From contig NC_087437.1 of NCBI RefSeq assembly GCF_036321535.1, positions 5,518,001-5,582,000 of the forward strand: a DNA stretch of 64,000 bases. Reading direction: 5' to 3'. Source of the DNA: Camelus dromedarius (Eukaryota). Numbering within the stretch: the stretch's first letter is position 1; the number at the start of each line of letters is the position of its first letter. This document shows, piece after piece, positions 10,600-22,626 of the stretch. Under the pieces are notes generated by a model. The model had not been told where the DNA came from and searched no databases. It saw nothing but the letters and a program-made list of their open reading frames with translations. The translations under genes and the position numbers were made by a program.

Positions 10600-11860
10600 G
10601 TTCCCCGAGTAAAAAATTCCCCGACTTCCCAAACCTGCGGTCCCTCGGAGGCGGAGGTGGCGCCACCCTTGCGGGAACGATGGAGTCTGGCACGGTTCTG
10701 CTGAGGTGGACGCGCGGCCGCCCCAGGGGCTCGTCCCTCCTCCCGCATGGGCACATCCCTAACCCCCCACGAGCCCCACCCCTATCCCGGACCCGGGACC
10801 CGGTGGGCCCGCCGCCCGAGGCAGCGCCAGCCCAGCGGCAGCACACGCGAGCCTTCGAGGCTGCGCGTGCGCCTACGAGGCCACGCTGGCGTCCTTACGC
10901 CACCTCGCGGACGCCGCGCCGCCTCGTCTCCTCAGGTGAGCACCGGAAGCGAGGCTTCCGGGCCGCGGGGGGATGGGTGAGAGCGGAGTCCCCACCCCCA
11001 CCCCAACCGGAGGGCCAACGGGGCCCTCCATATCCAGTCGGTGGCGGGAAGGCCTCGGAGCTGTGCACGTGCTCAGCGACCACTCCGGGCCTCCCTTCCG
11101 ACAGCCTAGGCCTCCCGCCCCTCAGGCCGCGCCCCAGCCGCGTCTTCCCGCCTTCAGGCTGCGCCCCAACCCTGGAAAGCCAGTCAACCCTGCTCTCGAC
11201 CCCCTCCCCGCCGCGCGCCGGCCTCCCGGGAAGACCCCCCTAGGGCCTCCTCCTCCTCCACTCACCATGATGGCGGCAGCTCGGGTTCCCGCCGACGGGC
11301 TTGAGGGGGAGCAGAGGCTGCGCTTCAGGCACCACTCTGGGCGGCTGTTAGGCCTGATGGTGCCCGCTGCCCGCCTTCGACTGGGCAGAGGAAGCAAAGG
11401 CGGACGGAAGGGCCGGAGAGTCCGAGGCGGGTGGCGAGGCCGAGGGGCGCGGGCGGACTGAGGCGTGGCTCTCGGGGCGCCCGGGGGTGGCTCCTGCGCC
11501 CGGCACGGGGGCTCGTTGGAGCTGCCTCAGCCAATGGGTGGCAGCGTCGCTGCCCCCAAGCGGGGGGGCTCACGAGGCACGACGGCGCTCGGTAGGGGGG
11601 TGCGTAGGGGGTGCGCGCCGGCCGGCGGCGTGGCCCCAGGGAGCGCCGTCCCCACGCAGGCGGGCCCGCAGACCCACAGACGCGCAAGTCACCCCGAAAG
11701 TGTTTTAGAAGCACTCCTGAAATAAGTACGCATACGCAAATATATGTTAAAATGAAAAAAAGAAGTTTATGTGTCCGGGCGCTAGTTTCAAAATGGCGTC
11801 CTGAACGCACAGGATTAGCCAAATTGCGATTATCCCTCACAGCGGCCCCCAAATCGACTG
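10600..11860. promoter_or_regulatory. DAZL: DAZL CpG-island promoter, exon 1 and start of intron 1
   Basis: Abrupt GC- and CpG-rich block within AT-rich flanks. Contains CCAAT at 11531-11535, GC-rich boxes, and YY1-like CAAAATGGCG at 11789-11798. Confidence 0.9.
11266..11268 (-). CDS. DAZL: DAZL exon 1, coding part (initiator ATG only); GC-rich 5'UTR extends to roughly 11480
   Basis: Minus strand reads GCTGCCGCCATC-ATG|gtgagt: a good Kozak context directly followed by a consensus donor. Joins in frame to exon 2 and lies in the CpG island. Matches the known DAZL structure, where exon 1 contributes only the ATG. Confidence 0.93.
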
Positions 11861-13026
11861 AAATGCCTACAGAAAGAGAAAATAGAAACACATGTGGAGA
11901 ACAGGGAGAGAGACATCAAACATCCAGAAACTTGAACGACTTTCTGTCACGTCTGAGGGAGATGGGGTTGGATTGGAAGAAACACCAGCTAGGGCAGGCC
12001 CGCTTGGCTTTTGAGATGTTCGTTCTTTATAGAAACACTTATATGGACCTACAATTGCTAGGTCCCCAAGATGTAGGAGAGAACGGAACAGTCCAACATT
12101 TCTTGGCCCGGGGAGTATAAATTGCCAGGGGGAGAATTTTTCTTCTAGGCCTCACAGGAGGAAGCTAGGCCTGCTTAGAGAGTTCTAGAACATTCTCAAG
12201 TTCAGAGAAACAGGGCCGAGAGCAGGCGTGAGACGTGGGGCAGTTGGTGGAGCAAATCGCACAAGGTTGGGAACCACTCCAGCACCTTTTATCCACAGGG
12301 TGTACCTGTACCTGGCTGTGACTTTATCCTCAAACATCGCTTTTGTGCTAATGGTGCTGATAAAAAGCAATAAAATGTTATTTGGGGAAGCTGGCAAAAT
12401 GGTGGGTTTGTGTAACTGGAAAACTGAGCACAAACACCTAGCATTACTGGATAATAACTAACCTTATTTCGAATGTGCTGTTAAACTCATAAATGAAGGG
12501 AAATCCCAAGATGCCAGAAACGTAAATAAACTGAAAATCAGAGCAATGACTTGTTGAACTGATTCTTCCCAGGCCATCCGTATGAGGGCTGGGGTGTAGT
12601 TTCCCTGGGCCTTCCTGGTGTTAGCACTGAAAACCCCCACATCCTTGGAAGCCAGGTCTAAAGCAGACCAGGAAATTGGTCATCTTAGGTGTGGGCAAGG
12701 TGTTGTCAGTCTCTGTAACTTGAGGCCTGAATGTACAGAGGAGGAGGTGAGGGTTTGGAGTAGCTCACGCTGGGAGCTGGAACTTGTACACTATAAAAAG
12801 CCATTCATTGACCCTCAGGAAAAAAATGGATGGGGGAAAATGTAAAACACCCCGTGGAGGAGCAGGTGAGGAAGCTCGTCCCATTTCTGGATGAAAAGAA
12901 AGAAAATTATTTAACTCTGATGAAATTAAAAAACCCTAGACTTGCATCTCACGAATTTGGAGTTTAAATTTATAGCACTCGTGTGTTGGAATTTCAAAAC
13001 CTAGAAATTAATTCCTTTTAACCTTG

Positions 13027-13052
13027 CCCCCCCCCCCCCCCCCCCCCCCCCC
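13027..13052 (+). repeat. Poly(C)26 homopolymer
   Basis: Directly visible run of 26 C. Confidence 0.95.
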
Positions 13053-13479
13053 GCAGATAAGGTGCAGTTGGAAAGCCTGGCAGAAACAAGCATAAAACCA
13101 GCCTGGAGGGATGCTTCCATAGAAGGCTGAAAGGGATTCTCATGAGGAAAAAAACCCTTTAAAGTTAAGCTCACAATGAAAAATTATAAAATACTGTTTA
13201 CCATGAATAAGAATGGTTGACAATGAAGATTAAATGCCAGAAATTTACAGAGAAGCTTCTTTTGGGGTGTGTGTATATGTGCACGTGAGAGTGTGTGTCT
13301 TTTTCTCAACTTACTTGGAGTCATACACTATATTTTATTTAAGGTGATTTTTCTACTATTTTATAACTTGTAAACAATCTAAAACTGCTGTCTTTTCTCT
13401 TGAGTAATTCAAAGGTCTGCACACCCCTTCCAATTTATAAGCTATTATTAATCACTATTTTAGTTCTATCCTGTTTCTT

Positions 13480-13980
13480 CTATGAGTTAGACATCATGGT
13501 TTGAGACTCATCTGCATGTGTGAAACCACATGTGAAAATGTTTTGCTTACCATTTCTTTGCCTATCTCAGATCTTCTGGATTGTTTTCCTTGTGCCCATA
13601 GTAAATTCTATAGAATTTCGTTTAATGAGTGTGATGTGTGGTAAACTCAGTTTTTTTCCCACCCGAAATACTGTTATTTTGCCCTTGTTCATTGAAGATA
13701 ATTCTACTGGATATATAATTCTAGGTTAGCGGTTGTCATTTTTTTCCCTCCGAATACTGAACATGTTATTCTGTTATCTTCTGGTTTCTGTTGCTACTGA
13801 GAAATCCGCTGTCAGTCTAATTGCTGGTTAAGATCTGTTTTTCTTTGCTGAAATTTTACAATGGTGTGAAAAAGTGTAGAGTTTTAAAAATTTCTCCTGC
13901 TTAGGAGTTTTGGGATCCCTGGATTTGTAGATTAGCTTTCAACAGTTCTTAAAAAATCACCCATTTTCTTGTCAAAGATT
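13480..13980 (-). mobile_element. Old L1M/HAL1-like ORF1-region remnant
   Basis: 'ttcattgaagataattctactggatatataattctaggtt...ctgagaaatccgctgtcagtctaattg' is typical of antisense old L1 ORF1. Confidence 0.6.
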
Positions 13981-14789
13981 AACCGATTAAGGAATTTAAC
14001 CTATTTTTCATATTCTGTAAGCAATTCTTACAGTTATTTCTGTCTAGCTCATGACTTTTTCAAAGGTAGGTGGTATTTTCTTAAAACTCTATGAAATCTT
14101 CACTTAATGTAGAGAAAAAGAATTATTATTTAAGATCAAAACCGTAACCATTTTACTGTATTAAGATTAGTGGTATAATTCACATAAATTCAGAAATAAA
14201 TCTCTATATTGCTTTATCCTCCAGGGACTGATAGAGAAGTGAGAAGAAAAAAGACATATTTTTAAACTCCTCTGCCAGTTCCTTTGTGCTACTAAAGCCA
14301 GTGACTTTGGATAGAAGGCTTACAATTAGCAATATAAACACTCTCAAACTTCATTCATTTGCAGACCAGTTTCATAACTTAGGTATCTGCTTTGAATCTC
14401 TATATTATTATTTATGTAATTAAAAAAAAACTGACTTGTCCTAAGCAAAAATACCTATGAACTCACATTTATTTTGTTAGTTACATTTATAAGCAATGCA
14501 CATTAAAATATATAACTAAAATTTAAAACAATATTTGTCCATGGATCACTTCAAATCACAATTTCCAAGAGCAACAGGTAACATACTACTGGATTAGGAG
14601 AGCTCTTTATCCAGTCTCTGGATATGCAAAGTTAAGTCCAGGCAACTGGGAGGAGGGCTGTCAAATTGTTTTGCATGATAAATGAGGGTAATTGAATTTG
14701 AAGGGGAAACCAAGCAAGGCTGGAAAAGTGAAAGTATGGGAATTTAGAAAAAAGAAATAATCTAGCAAGGTGACAAGAAGTTAGAGCCT

Positions 14790-15116
14790 GCAGTGATAGT
14801 TGCTATCAGAGTACCTTGGAATCATCTGGAGCCATTTAAAAGTTCATATTCCCAAAACTTACCCCAGACCAAGTAAGTCAGCTGAGGATGAAACCCAGAC
14901 GTTGGAATTTAAAAAAAAAAATGTTTCTTAAGTTACTGTGCAACTGAATTTTGTTGTAGAGATTTGCTACTCAAAGCGTGGTGCTCAGACCAGCAGCTTT
15001 GCATCAGCGCAGTGTTACGGAATCTCAGGCACCACCCTAGACTTACTGATCAGAATCTGCATGTTGACAAGATCTCCAGATGGCTCGCAAGCACATTAGA
15101 GTTCAGGAAGCACTGA
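14790..15116. mobile_element. Two adjacent MER5-family hAT MITE copies
   Basis: 'ttggaatcatctggag...ccccagacc' and 'ctactcaaagcgtggtgctcagaccagcagc...cagaatctgcat...caagatctccagatg...aagcactg'. Confidence 0.7.
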
Positions 15117-16249
15117 CATAGAGAACATTTGCTGTAAACAACTTGTATTCTTGGATTTGAGAATCCCTCACCTACTAGGGAGGGACTGCTTTCCCAGCCT
15201 CTCTTGCAGCTAGACCTGGGCACGGGACCTATACAACACCTAGGAGATGCACCCACTGTACGTTCTGAATAGGGAACTGATGATGCCACAAAGCAGTGAC
15301 TGCAGAGAGAAGGGTGGCAGCCACAGCCCTGGCATCAGTTAGACCAGCAATGTCCATTGCTGTCAGTTGTGCAGGCCTTAGTGCAATTCAGTGTCCAGCA
15401 GTAACAGCTGAAGCTTCTTCACTGGACCAGCATGTGAGATTCCTTTCCTGTTTAGATCAGCCAAAACCTCTGTGGCTGTTGCTTGCAACAAAGAACATTG
15501 ACCAGAGAGGTGGTGAGTGAGGTCAGCCAAAGGTCTTTGAAGAATTGATTTAATAGCTGAAAAATTTATGGCTCTTTGCTCTGACTTTATAGCATAATGC
15601 CCTGTATTGCTTCCGACCTTTTGTAAGATACTGCTGCATCACAGAGGCTTTGTGCCAGTGGCATTTTGTGAGGGATATCAAGGAAGGGCATCTTTGCTCT
15701 CTCTGTGGCAACACCGTATAGACAGGGACTGCATGGTCTGCAGCAGGACGATCCGCGGGTGAAATAATTCATCAGGAACAGAAGCTTGGAGCCAGAAATG
15801 ACCTGGAAATGCATAAATCATACTCAGAATTCCCAGAGAGAGGAAGAGACCTGTGCGCTATTCCAACTGCACATGGGCTGGAGTTTGAGGCAGTCCCATT
15901 TAAATCTCAAGGTATGGTAGCTTAGCTTCTCTAGCGCCCGTGTTCACATGGCTCAGGATGGCAACACGCATCTTGAGTGCACGTGTGCATACTTGCAGGG
16001 ATGTCTGTCCACTGAGCAGTGTTGCTTAAGCCCTGCTTGTTCACTTTTAACCCTAGTACCTACATAATTGTTTATTCATTCAGCACTTAATCTCCTAAGC
16101 AAGTTGCCTGAATTTGGAGATTGGCCTGAACCAAGGTGACCTAATCTTCACAGTGGCCTTGTAAGACCGGCCTAAACGTATAACCACGAAAGTGACTGAC
16201 TTGTTAGAGTTAATAATGATGACAAAAATCACTGATATGGATATGATGT

Positions 16250-16460
16250 TTCTTATGTACCAGGCACTGCTCTGTTTTATTTCTATTAGTTTGTCCAATC
16301 TTTATAACAATAATAGATCCTATGATTACCATCCCCATTTTATAGAGAAGGAAACAGAGGCACAGAGAGGTCAAACACCTTGCCCAAGATCACACAGTTG
16401 GTAAAGATCAGAGTGGCAGTTTTAATCCAGTCTGGCTTCTGAGTCTGAGTTCTTAACAAT
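16250..16460 (-). mobile_element. MIR SINE
   Basis: MIR core 'ccccattttatagagaaggaaacagaggcacagagagg...cttgcccaagatcacacag'. Confidence 0.85.
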
Positions 16461-17119
16461 TATGCTATCCTAGCAAACTCCGTCGAAGAAGAAATAGCTA
16501 ATACAGTGGGACAAATGAAATCTCTGGTTTATATGAGAGCAGCCAAGTAAACAGGAAGGCTGCAAGTCTTTTCTCATTAAAAAGAAAAAAAGTTTTTTTA
16601 AAAAATTTCTGATATACCCATATTAATAAATAGGGCCAGGATCAGGACTTCAGAGATTCCATCAAGAAGAAACCAACCCCCCAACTCTACGCACAAACCA
16701 ACCTACACCAGTGAGTTTCTCCAACACAATTGGCCTTTGAGGAGGTTACCTGATTAACAGAAATTTACCTCTGAATTTTGCCTTGCAGAGTATCTCCTAG
16801 TCCTTTTCCCCACATCTAAAGTGTGTGACAGCCTCGTCTCCAGAGCCTCGGTTCCCACTGCTGGCTCCCTGCTCATGCATGTGCTCCTCCCAGTGGCTTT
16901 GAAGCTGCTTTTTCTGAGTCAAGAGGCATCACTGAGCAGACTTGGCAAATGGGAGAAGCAGAAGCAGTTTTCCTCGTGGGGGAGCAGGGAGAAAGTCTGG
17001 TAGGGCTCACCCGTCTCCTCTTTTCCTCAGCCCTGGTCACTTTTCACCTCCACTTCCATAGTGGTGCTCTTTCCATATTTAAACGTTTCCTTCTCCTTAT
17101 CCATTTTTGAGAATATGGA

Positions 17120-18110
17120 AGAATATGTTTTATTTTCTTAAAGAAATTAAAAACATTCAAGAAAAGGCTGAAGCCGCTTTTGACCCCCAACTCTGCATCC
17201 CAGACCCCTCCCCAGAGGTAAGCACTGAACTATGAATCCTTGAAGACTTTTTGCGCAGCATCCCCTTTTGTGTACTTACATGAGATATTTGCTCTTTGTG
17301 CTCATAGAAAATACTTGTCCTAATGGAAAAAGTACTTGGTCTTCAGTATACTTGTGGAAAATGCGTACCACTTACGCTACGTATTTGCAATTATAAACTC
17401 TGTGTATATTTAGAATGTGTACTACTTTGTTGTATGTAACACAAAGGGTATCATGCCAGATGCATCTTGCAAGTAGATCTTTTTCTTTTAACAATACGCC
17501 CCAGAGGCTTCTCATGTCAATGTTTAGATCTACCTAATACCTTTTAACTGGGACATAATTTTACATAATACAGATATCCCATCGTTACTTAGCTATTCCC
17601 TGGTCAATGGACGTTTAGGTTGTTTTCACTTTTTCATTGCCATCAATAATACGCAATGGGCCTGTCTATTGGGGCCACAAGACTATTTTTCTGTAGTGAG
17701 CACCAAGAAGTGTAACCCCTGGGTCGTGGGATACGCACGTTTCCAGTCTTACTAGGTAGCAGGAAGCTGCCCTTTAAAGTGCTGCGCGGATACATACCGA
17801 TTTACAGCTGTGAGTGTATTTGTCTGTTCACTTGGCAATATGGCCCCTACTACCCTTGAACTTTGCAGCCTCATTTTCACTTGGCTTTGCGTTTCCCTGG
17901 CTGCTCATGGTGCCCAGCCTCCTTCTGCTGTCTGTTAACTCACCAGGTCCTTCTTCCCGCCTGTTCACAGCCTTTGGCCATTTTCCTTTGGGCTGCTTGT
18001 CTTTTGTGTATTGTTTTGTTGGAGTCCGGCTTCTTTCTTTTCCTCCTCAGCCCCTTGGGCAGAGTGTGTGGCGGTATTGGTGCCTCCTTGAAGTTCTAGT
18101 CCTGTGTAAT
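17120..18110 (-). mobile_element. Decayed old L1 (L1ME-type) 3' region
   Basis: 'aatggacgtttaggttgttttcacttttt...gaagtgtaacccctgggtcgtggg' resembles antisense L1 3' sequence. Confidence 0.55.
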
Positions 18111-21100
18111 GAATTAGAGTTGCCTTCGTTTCCAGGAATTACTTTCTCTCAACTGAAGAGATGTTAGCCACAAACGAGAGAAAAGGAAATATCTGGTGTA
18201 AACAACAGCTCTTGAACCTTTTAGTGCCTTTGAACATCAACCTGTTCTTGGACGTCCTCCTGACAAACCAGGTAAGAGCTCTTACTTGAATCAGTTAAAT
18301 CTTCACTTTCAAAGAACTTTTTTTTTTTTTTTTTAGGAACTCGGAATTGCCAAAGACAGAGAAAACTGTTAGAGGGTATGATTTCTAAAGAGCTTTTCTA
18401 TTTATTCAGGTATTTTTAGGCCATTGCCTAAAAAACCCCAAAGAAATCTGCTGAGGGCAGCAATATGGTAAGATCCAACAACTTTTGAAGTTCTGTTCTG
18501 TGGTCCCCTCTATTTAGAGTGAGATTATCTGCAGAGAAAGGAGGGAGACTTCAGGTGAATAAACACGACATTCACAGGAGCAGCGTCTAGAGCTCACATC
18601 TAAGGCTCAGAAAACGTGACTGATTCCAACATAAATTCATCTCTCATCACCTCAAAAGGCGAAGCTGTGATGTTTCTTTTTCCCCACTAAGGGTTTTCCT
18701 GGGTCCTATGTGGAATGGACGGAAAAAAAAATCTGTCTATAATTTTAGAACTACTGTGGCTTCCCTTTTGGCAAAATGTTTTGTTTTTTGTAGCCGCAGC
18801 CAGCATTTCAGCCAGCCTGGACGAGGAAAAGGAAGTGAAAGGACAGAAGACTGGAGCACAAGTTGAAAGAAAATTAGAGAATAAGGAAAGAAAAGACACA
18901 GAAAAGAGAGACTACACATACTTTTTTAAAAAGAAAAGAAAAGAAAAAGATAGTTGAGGGAAACACTTGCCATTTTCCATATCAGGTCAGTCAACAAGTT
19001 CTGGTTTCCTTTAAACTGATTCTCTAACAGATCTTCCTTTATGTTCTTACCACTTTCTTTTAGACCGTAGGACATACCCTTGGCTAAAAAAATCAAGGCA
19101 CAGTCTCTTGGTTCTGTGCCTGAATGATTCCAACGGCTCTGTGACTGGAGTCCATGGCACCTAAACCTCCGTCAGACACTACTGTCAGCGTGTTGCCCTC
19201 CTGCTCTGCTCACAAACCTTCCAGCATGCCCTGGTTCCAGCTTTAGCGTGTTAAACTTTACCTTCTCAGCCCAACTCTTAGAGCCCTTGAATATGTGAGC
19301 TCCGTAGCCAAAATCAGACTGTCCCAGCAGCATGCCCTTCTCGTGCTGCCTTCTGTAGTCCTTCCACGTAGAACTCCCACCCGGCTTTGCGCTTCCTCTC
19401 TGAACTCTCCCTCTTCTGGAAAGCCTAATCAAGCCTCCTCTCCTCTGTGAAGTGTTCTGTCTCTCCCACCTTTATCTTCCTCTCTCATAGCCATTTCAGT
19501 GCCCAGAGGACGTAACGTGCGATTTTGGGTGGTAACACCTGTGCAACTGGGGCAGGAGGTTAGCCCGTCCTTGGATTTACGTTGCGTTTGTGTTGTGTCC
19601 AGCACTTAACGATGGGAGGAGGGGCAGTTGTTTACCTCCCTGAAGCTCTGTGTTCTTCTCTGTAAAAGGGGGGGTCATACTTAGAGGATCAGTGGAAGGA
19701 GAGGGTAGACGGAAGGATAGGTGTCTGGTTCCCGGACGGTAAAAAGCAGCACCAGATGTGCCAGTATTTTCCTTCCCGTCCTCAACCCACTTCTGAGAGA
19801 ACCTATTCCTACCACAGCCCCGAAAGAGATAACTACTGTTGGGGTGCTTTTGGGATCTAGGTGACAAAATGCCTGACTAGAAGTGATTAAATAATACTGA
19901 TTAAAAAAAAACACCTCGTAAATATGAAGTCTGGATGTGAGCAGTGCCAGTGCTGTTGTCAAGGCTCAGTGATATCAGGGCTCTGAACTGGCACCTCTGG
20001 GATTCTTTGGTTGGTACCATAAAGCATGCCTTATCCTCATGGAAGGAAGGAAGGAACTCTCCTCTGACACCTCTCTTTTATTTGGGAGGAAAATCTTTTG
20101 TAGTAGACTTGTTTTGTATCTTATTGGCCAGATCTGTGCAATGTGTCCACTTCCAGCTCAGAGTGGGGTCTGGGTAAGTGCATATCTGGCAAAAGGGAAA
20201 TACATTTATAATAACTGACCTGAACCAGTCCTGATTCATCCCTGTGGGCTTGGGCACATTCCTGCTTGAATCCAGAAGTGGGATCTATTGTCAAGGAAGA
20301 AGAGGGGATGGCTGTGAAACAGGTGTCAGCCGTGTCTGCCCTTTGGGTAACTCAGGATGTCACGTGAGTTCTGGCTACAGCTGGGAATGAACGTTGAACT
20401 CAACTGGGTCAGTCAGATTCTCTCCCATTAGAATCTGAATTAAGAACTCAACAATCAGCGGCTCCCGATGCCAGTGCCTTGGTGCCTTACATTTGATGGT
20501 AGAGCTTGTCATCTTTCCAGGAAGTCTCCTTGTAGTGGGTTTCTATTTCTTGAAATCAGATGAGCCTGATTAAGCCGGAGACTCACTTAAATGGTCTCAA
20601 TTAATAATCACTGATAATAGCTATTATAGTATTTACTGTCCTATTTTTTTTTTAATGATTTCACACATGTTAGTCTCACCTGGCATGTAGCCTGTAAATT
20701 CCTCCAGGCAGAAATCAACTAGGTACTCTCTTTCCTGTAGTTCTTAAACGAGTATTAACCACGAGGGGTGATGAGCATCCCTAATACTTGTTGAGTGATT
20801 GGCTGGCTGGTTGGTCGCTACTCTTTTTTAGTTAATATTTTTAACTGTTCCAGAGCAGATGAAAGGAAAAACATGGTGATATAGTATCTATCAGATTAGC
20901 AAAAGGCAGTTCCAGATGGCTGGTCTGATAAATTTATAATCTTCTGAACTATAGCAAATTGACAAAAGAATAAAGAGATATACTCCAATATAAAAACAGT
21001 GGTTGTATCATCTCTAAGAGGTGGTACTATGGGTCTGCCATCATCATATTAATCTAAATCTTTCAAATTTTCCGCATAGGACGTGAATTACTTTCAGAAT

Positions 21101-21986
21101 CTGAAAAGAGATAAGTTAATTTCCAAAGAAGCAATCAGGAAAAAGTATATTTGGCTTCTTTGTACATATTTCTTAATTTCCTTCTTTTGGCTAAAGCTGT
21201 GCTACACATAAACTTTAACATTAGAAACATTAACACTGGCCTTCATTGAATAGTGTAAAATTTGGATCTTGACTTCTTTTTAACTCAGAATAGTATTAAT
21301 CTCATAGGAAAGTTTAACAATTTTAAGCATACATGATACCAAATTATATTTCCCCTTAAAGAACTTCAAAAAATTCCTATTTAATTGACAATGATTAAAA
21401 GATGAATAAAAGACTGCTTGGCTATGTTTTAAGTCTAAAGTCATTTGAGTTTTTTTGACATGTCTGCTCATTGTTTAAAAGGAATGCTACTTTGTTAACA
21501 GATCAAATGTTTAATGGGCATTTGTGCCAAGCCTGGCAAGTAAAAACAAAATTTCTCCAGAATTCAGTATCACAAAAGCTTTTGTTTCAAGCCACAAATT
21601 AGACAAATCTGTTTTTTCCTAACACTCTAAACATTTTATATCAAACAGCCCCAGTGTAAGCAAATATCCATGTCTCTAAAAAACAAAGTTAATATTAGAA
21701 TTTTTTTTGTTTGTAGAAAGAGCTGGATTCAACAGGTTCCAGATGCTGCAACTGGACCACAGATGTCTCCAAAATAACAATAAGGGGGATACATTTTTTG
21801 TTTTTATTCCAAGCAGAAACAGTCTAATTTACATTAGAGCCACGAAAAATGTACTCTTGTACCCAGTAAATAAACACTGTTGTTTTAGCAAAGTGCTTCA
21901 AGACATGGTTATATAAGTACCACACCTTCTTATCATAGTATTGGCAGCAGATACACAGACTTCTCATCTTTAAAAATCCACCACTG

Positions 21987-22626
21987 TTTTTTGTTTGCTT
22001 GTTTATTTGTTTTAATTGAAGTAGTCAATTACAATGTGTCAATTTCTGGTGTACAGCACAATGTCCCAGTCATGCATATACATACATATATTCATGTTCA
22101 TTTTTTTTTCATTAAAGGTTATTACAAGATGTTGAACATAGTTTCCTGTGCTATACAGAAGAAACTTTTTAAAATCTATTTTTATATATAGTGGCTAACA
22201 TTTGCAAATCTCAAATTCCCAAACTTATCCCTTCCCATTCCCTTTCCCTGTTAACCATAAGATTGTTTACTATTTCTGCAAATCTGTTTCTGTTCTGTAG
22301 ATGAATTCATACTGTCCTATTTTCTTTTTCTTTTTTTTCAGATTCCACATATGAGTGATATATGGTATTTTTCTTTCTCTTCACTTAGAATGACGATCTC
22401 CAGGTGCATCCACGTTGCTGCAAATGGCATTATTTTATTGTTTTTTTAATGGCAGAGTAGTATTCCATCATATAAATACACCACAACTTCTTCATCCAGT
22501 CACCTGTCGATGGACATTTAGGTTGTTTGCACATCTTGGCTATTGTAAGTAGTGCTGCTGTGAACACTGGGGTGCAGGTGTCTTTTTGAATCAGAGTTCC
22601 CTCTGAATATATACCCAGAAGTGGGT
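21987..22626 (-). mobile_element. 5'-truncated lineage-specific L1 3' end
   Basis: Close similarity to the L1 copy at 53760-54370 (attgaagta...tacaatgtgtcaat...aatgtcccagtcatgcatatacatac). Confidence 0.9.

Noticed and set aside
54..11268. Alternative identity as BOLL or Y-linked DAZ
   Set aside because: The N-terminus (SAANPETP), MDETEIRSFFARYG, the single DAZ-repeat exon and the exon sizes fit autosomal DAZL.
10548..12120. Long overlapping ORFs (up to 215 aa) on both strands
   Set aside because: Low-complexity P/R/G/A translations caused by stop-codon scarcity in the CpG island; no recognisable domain.
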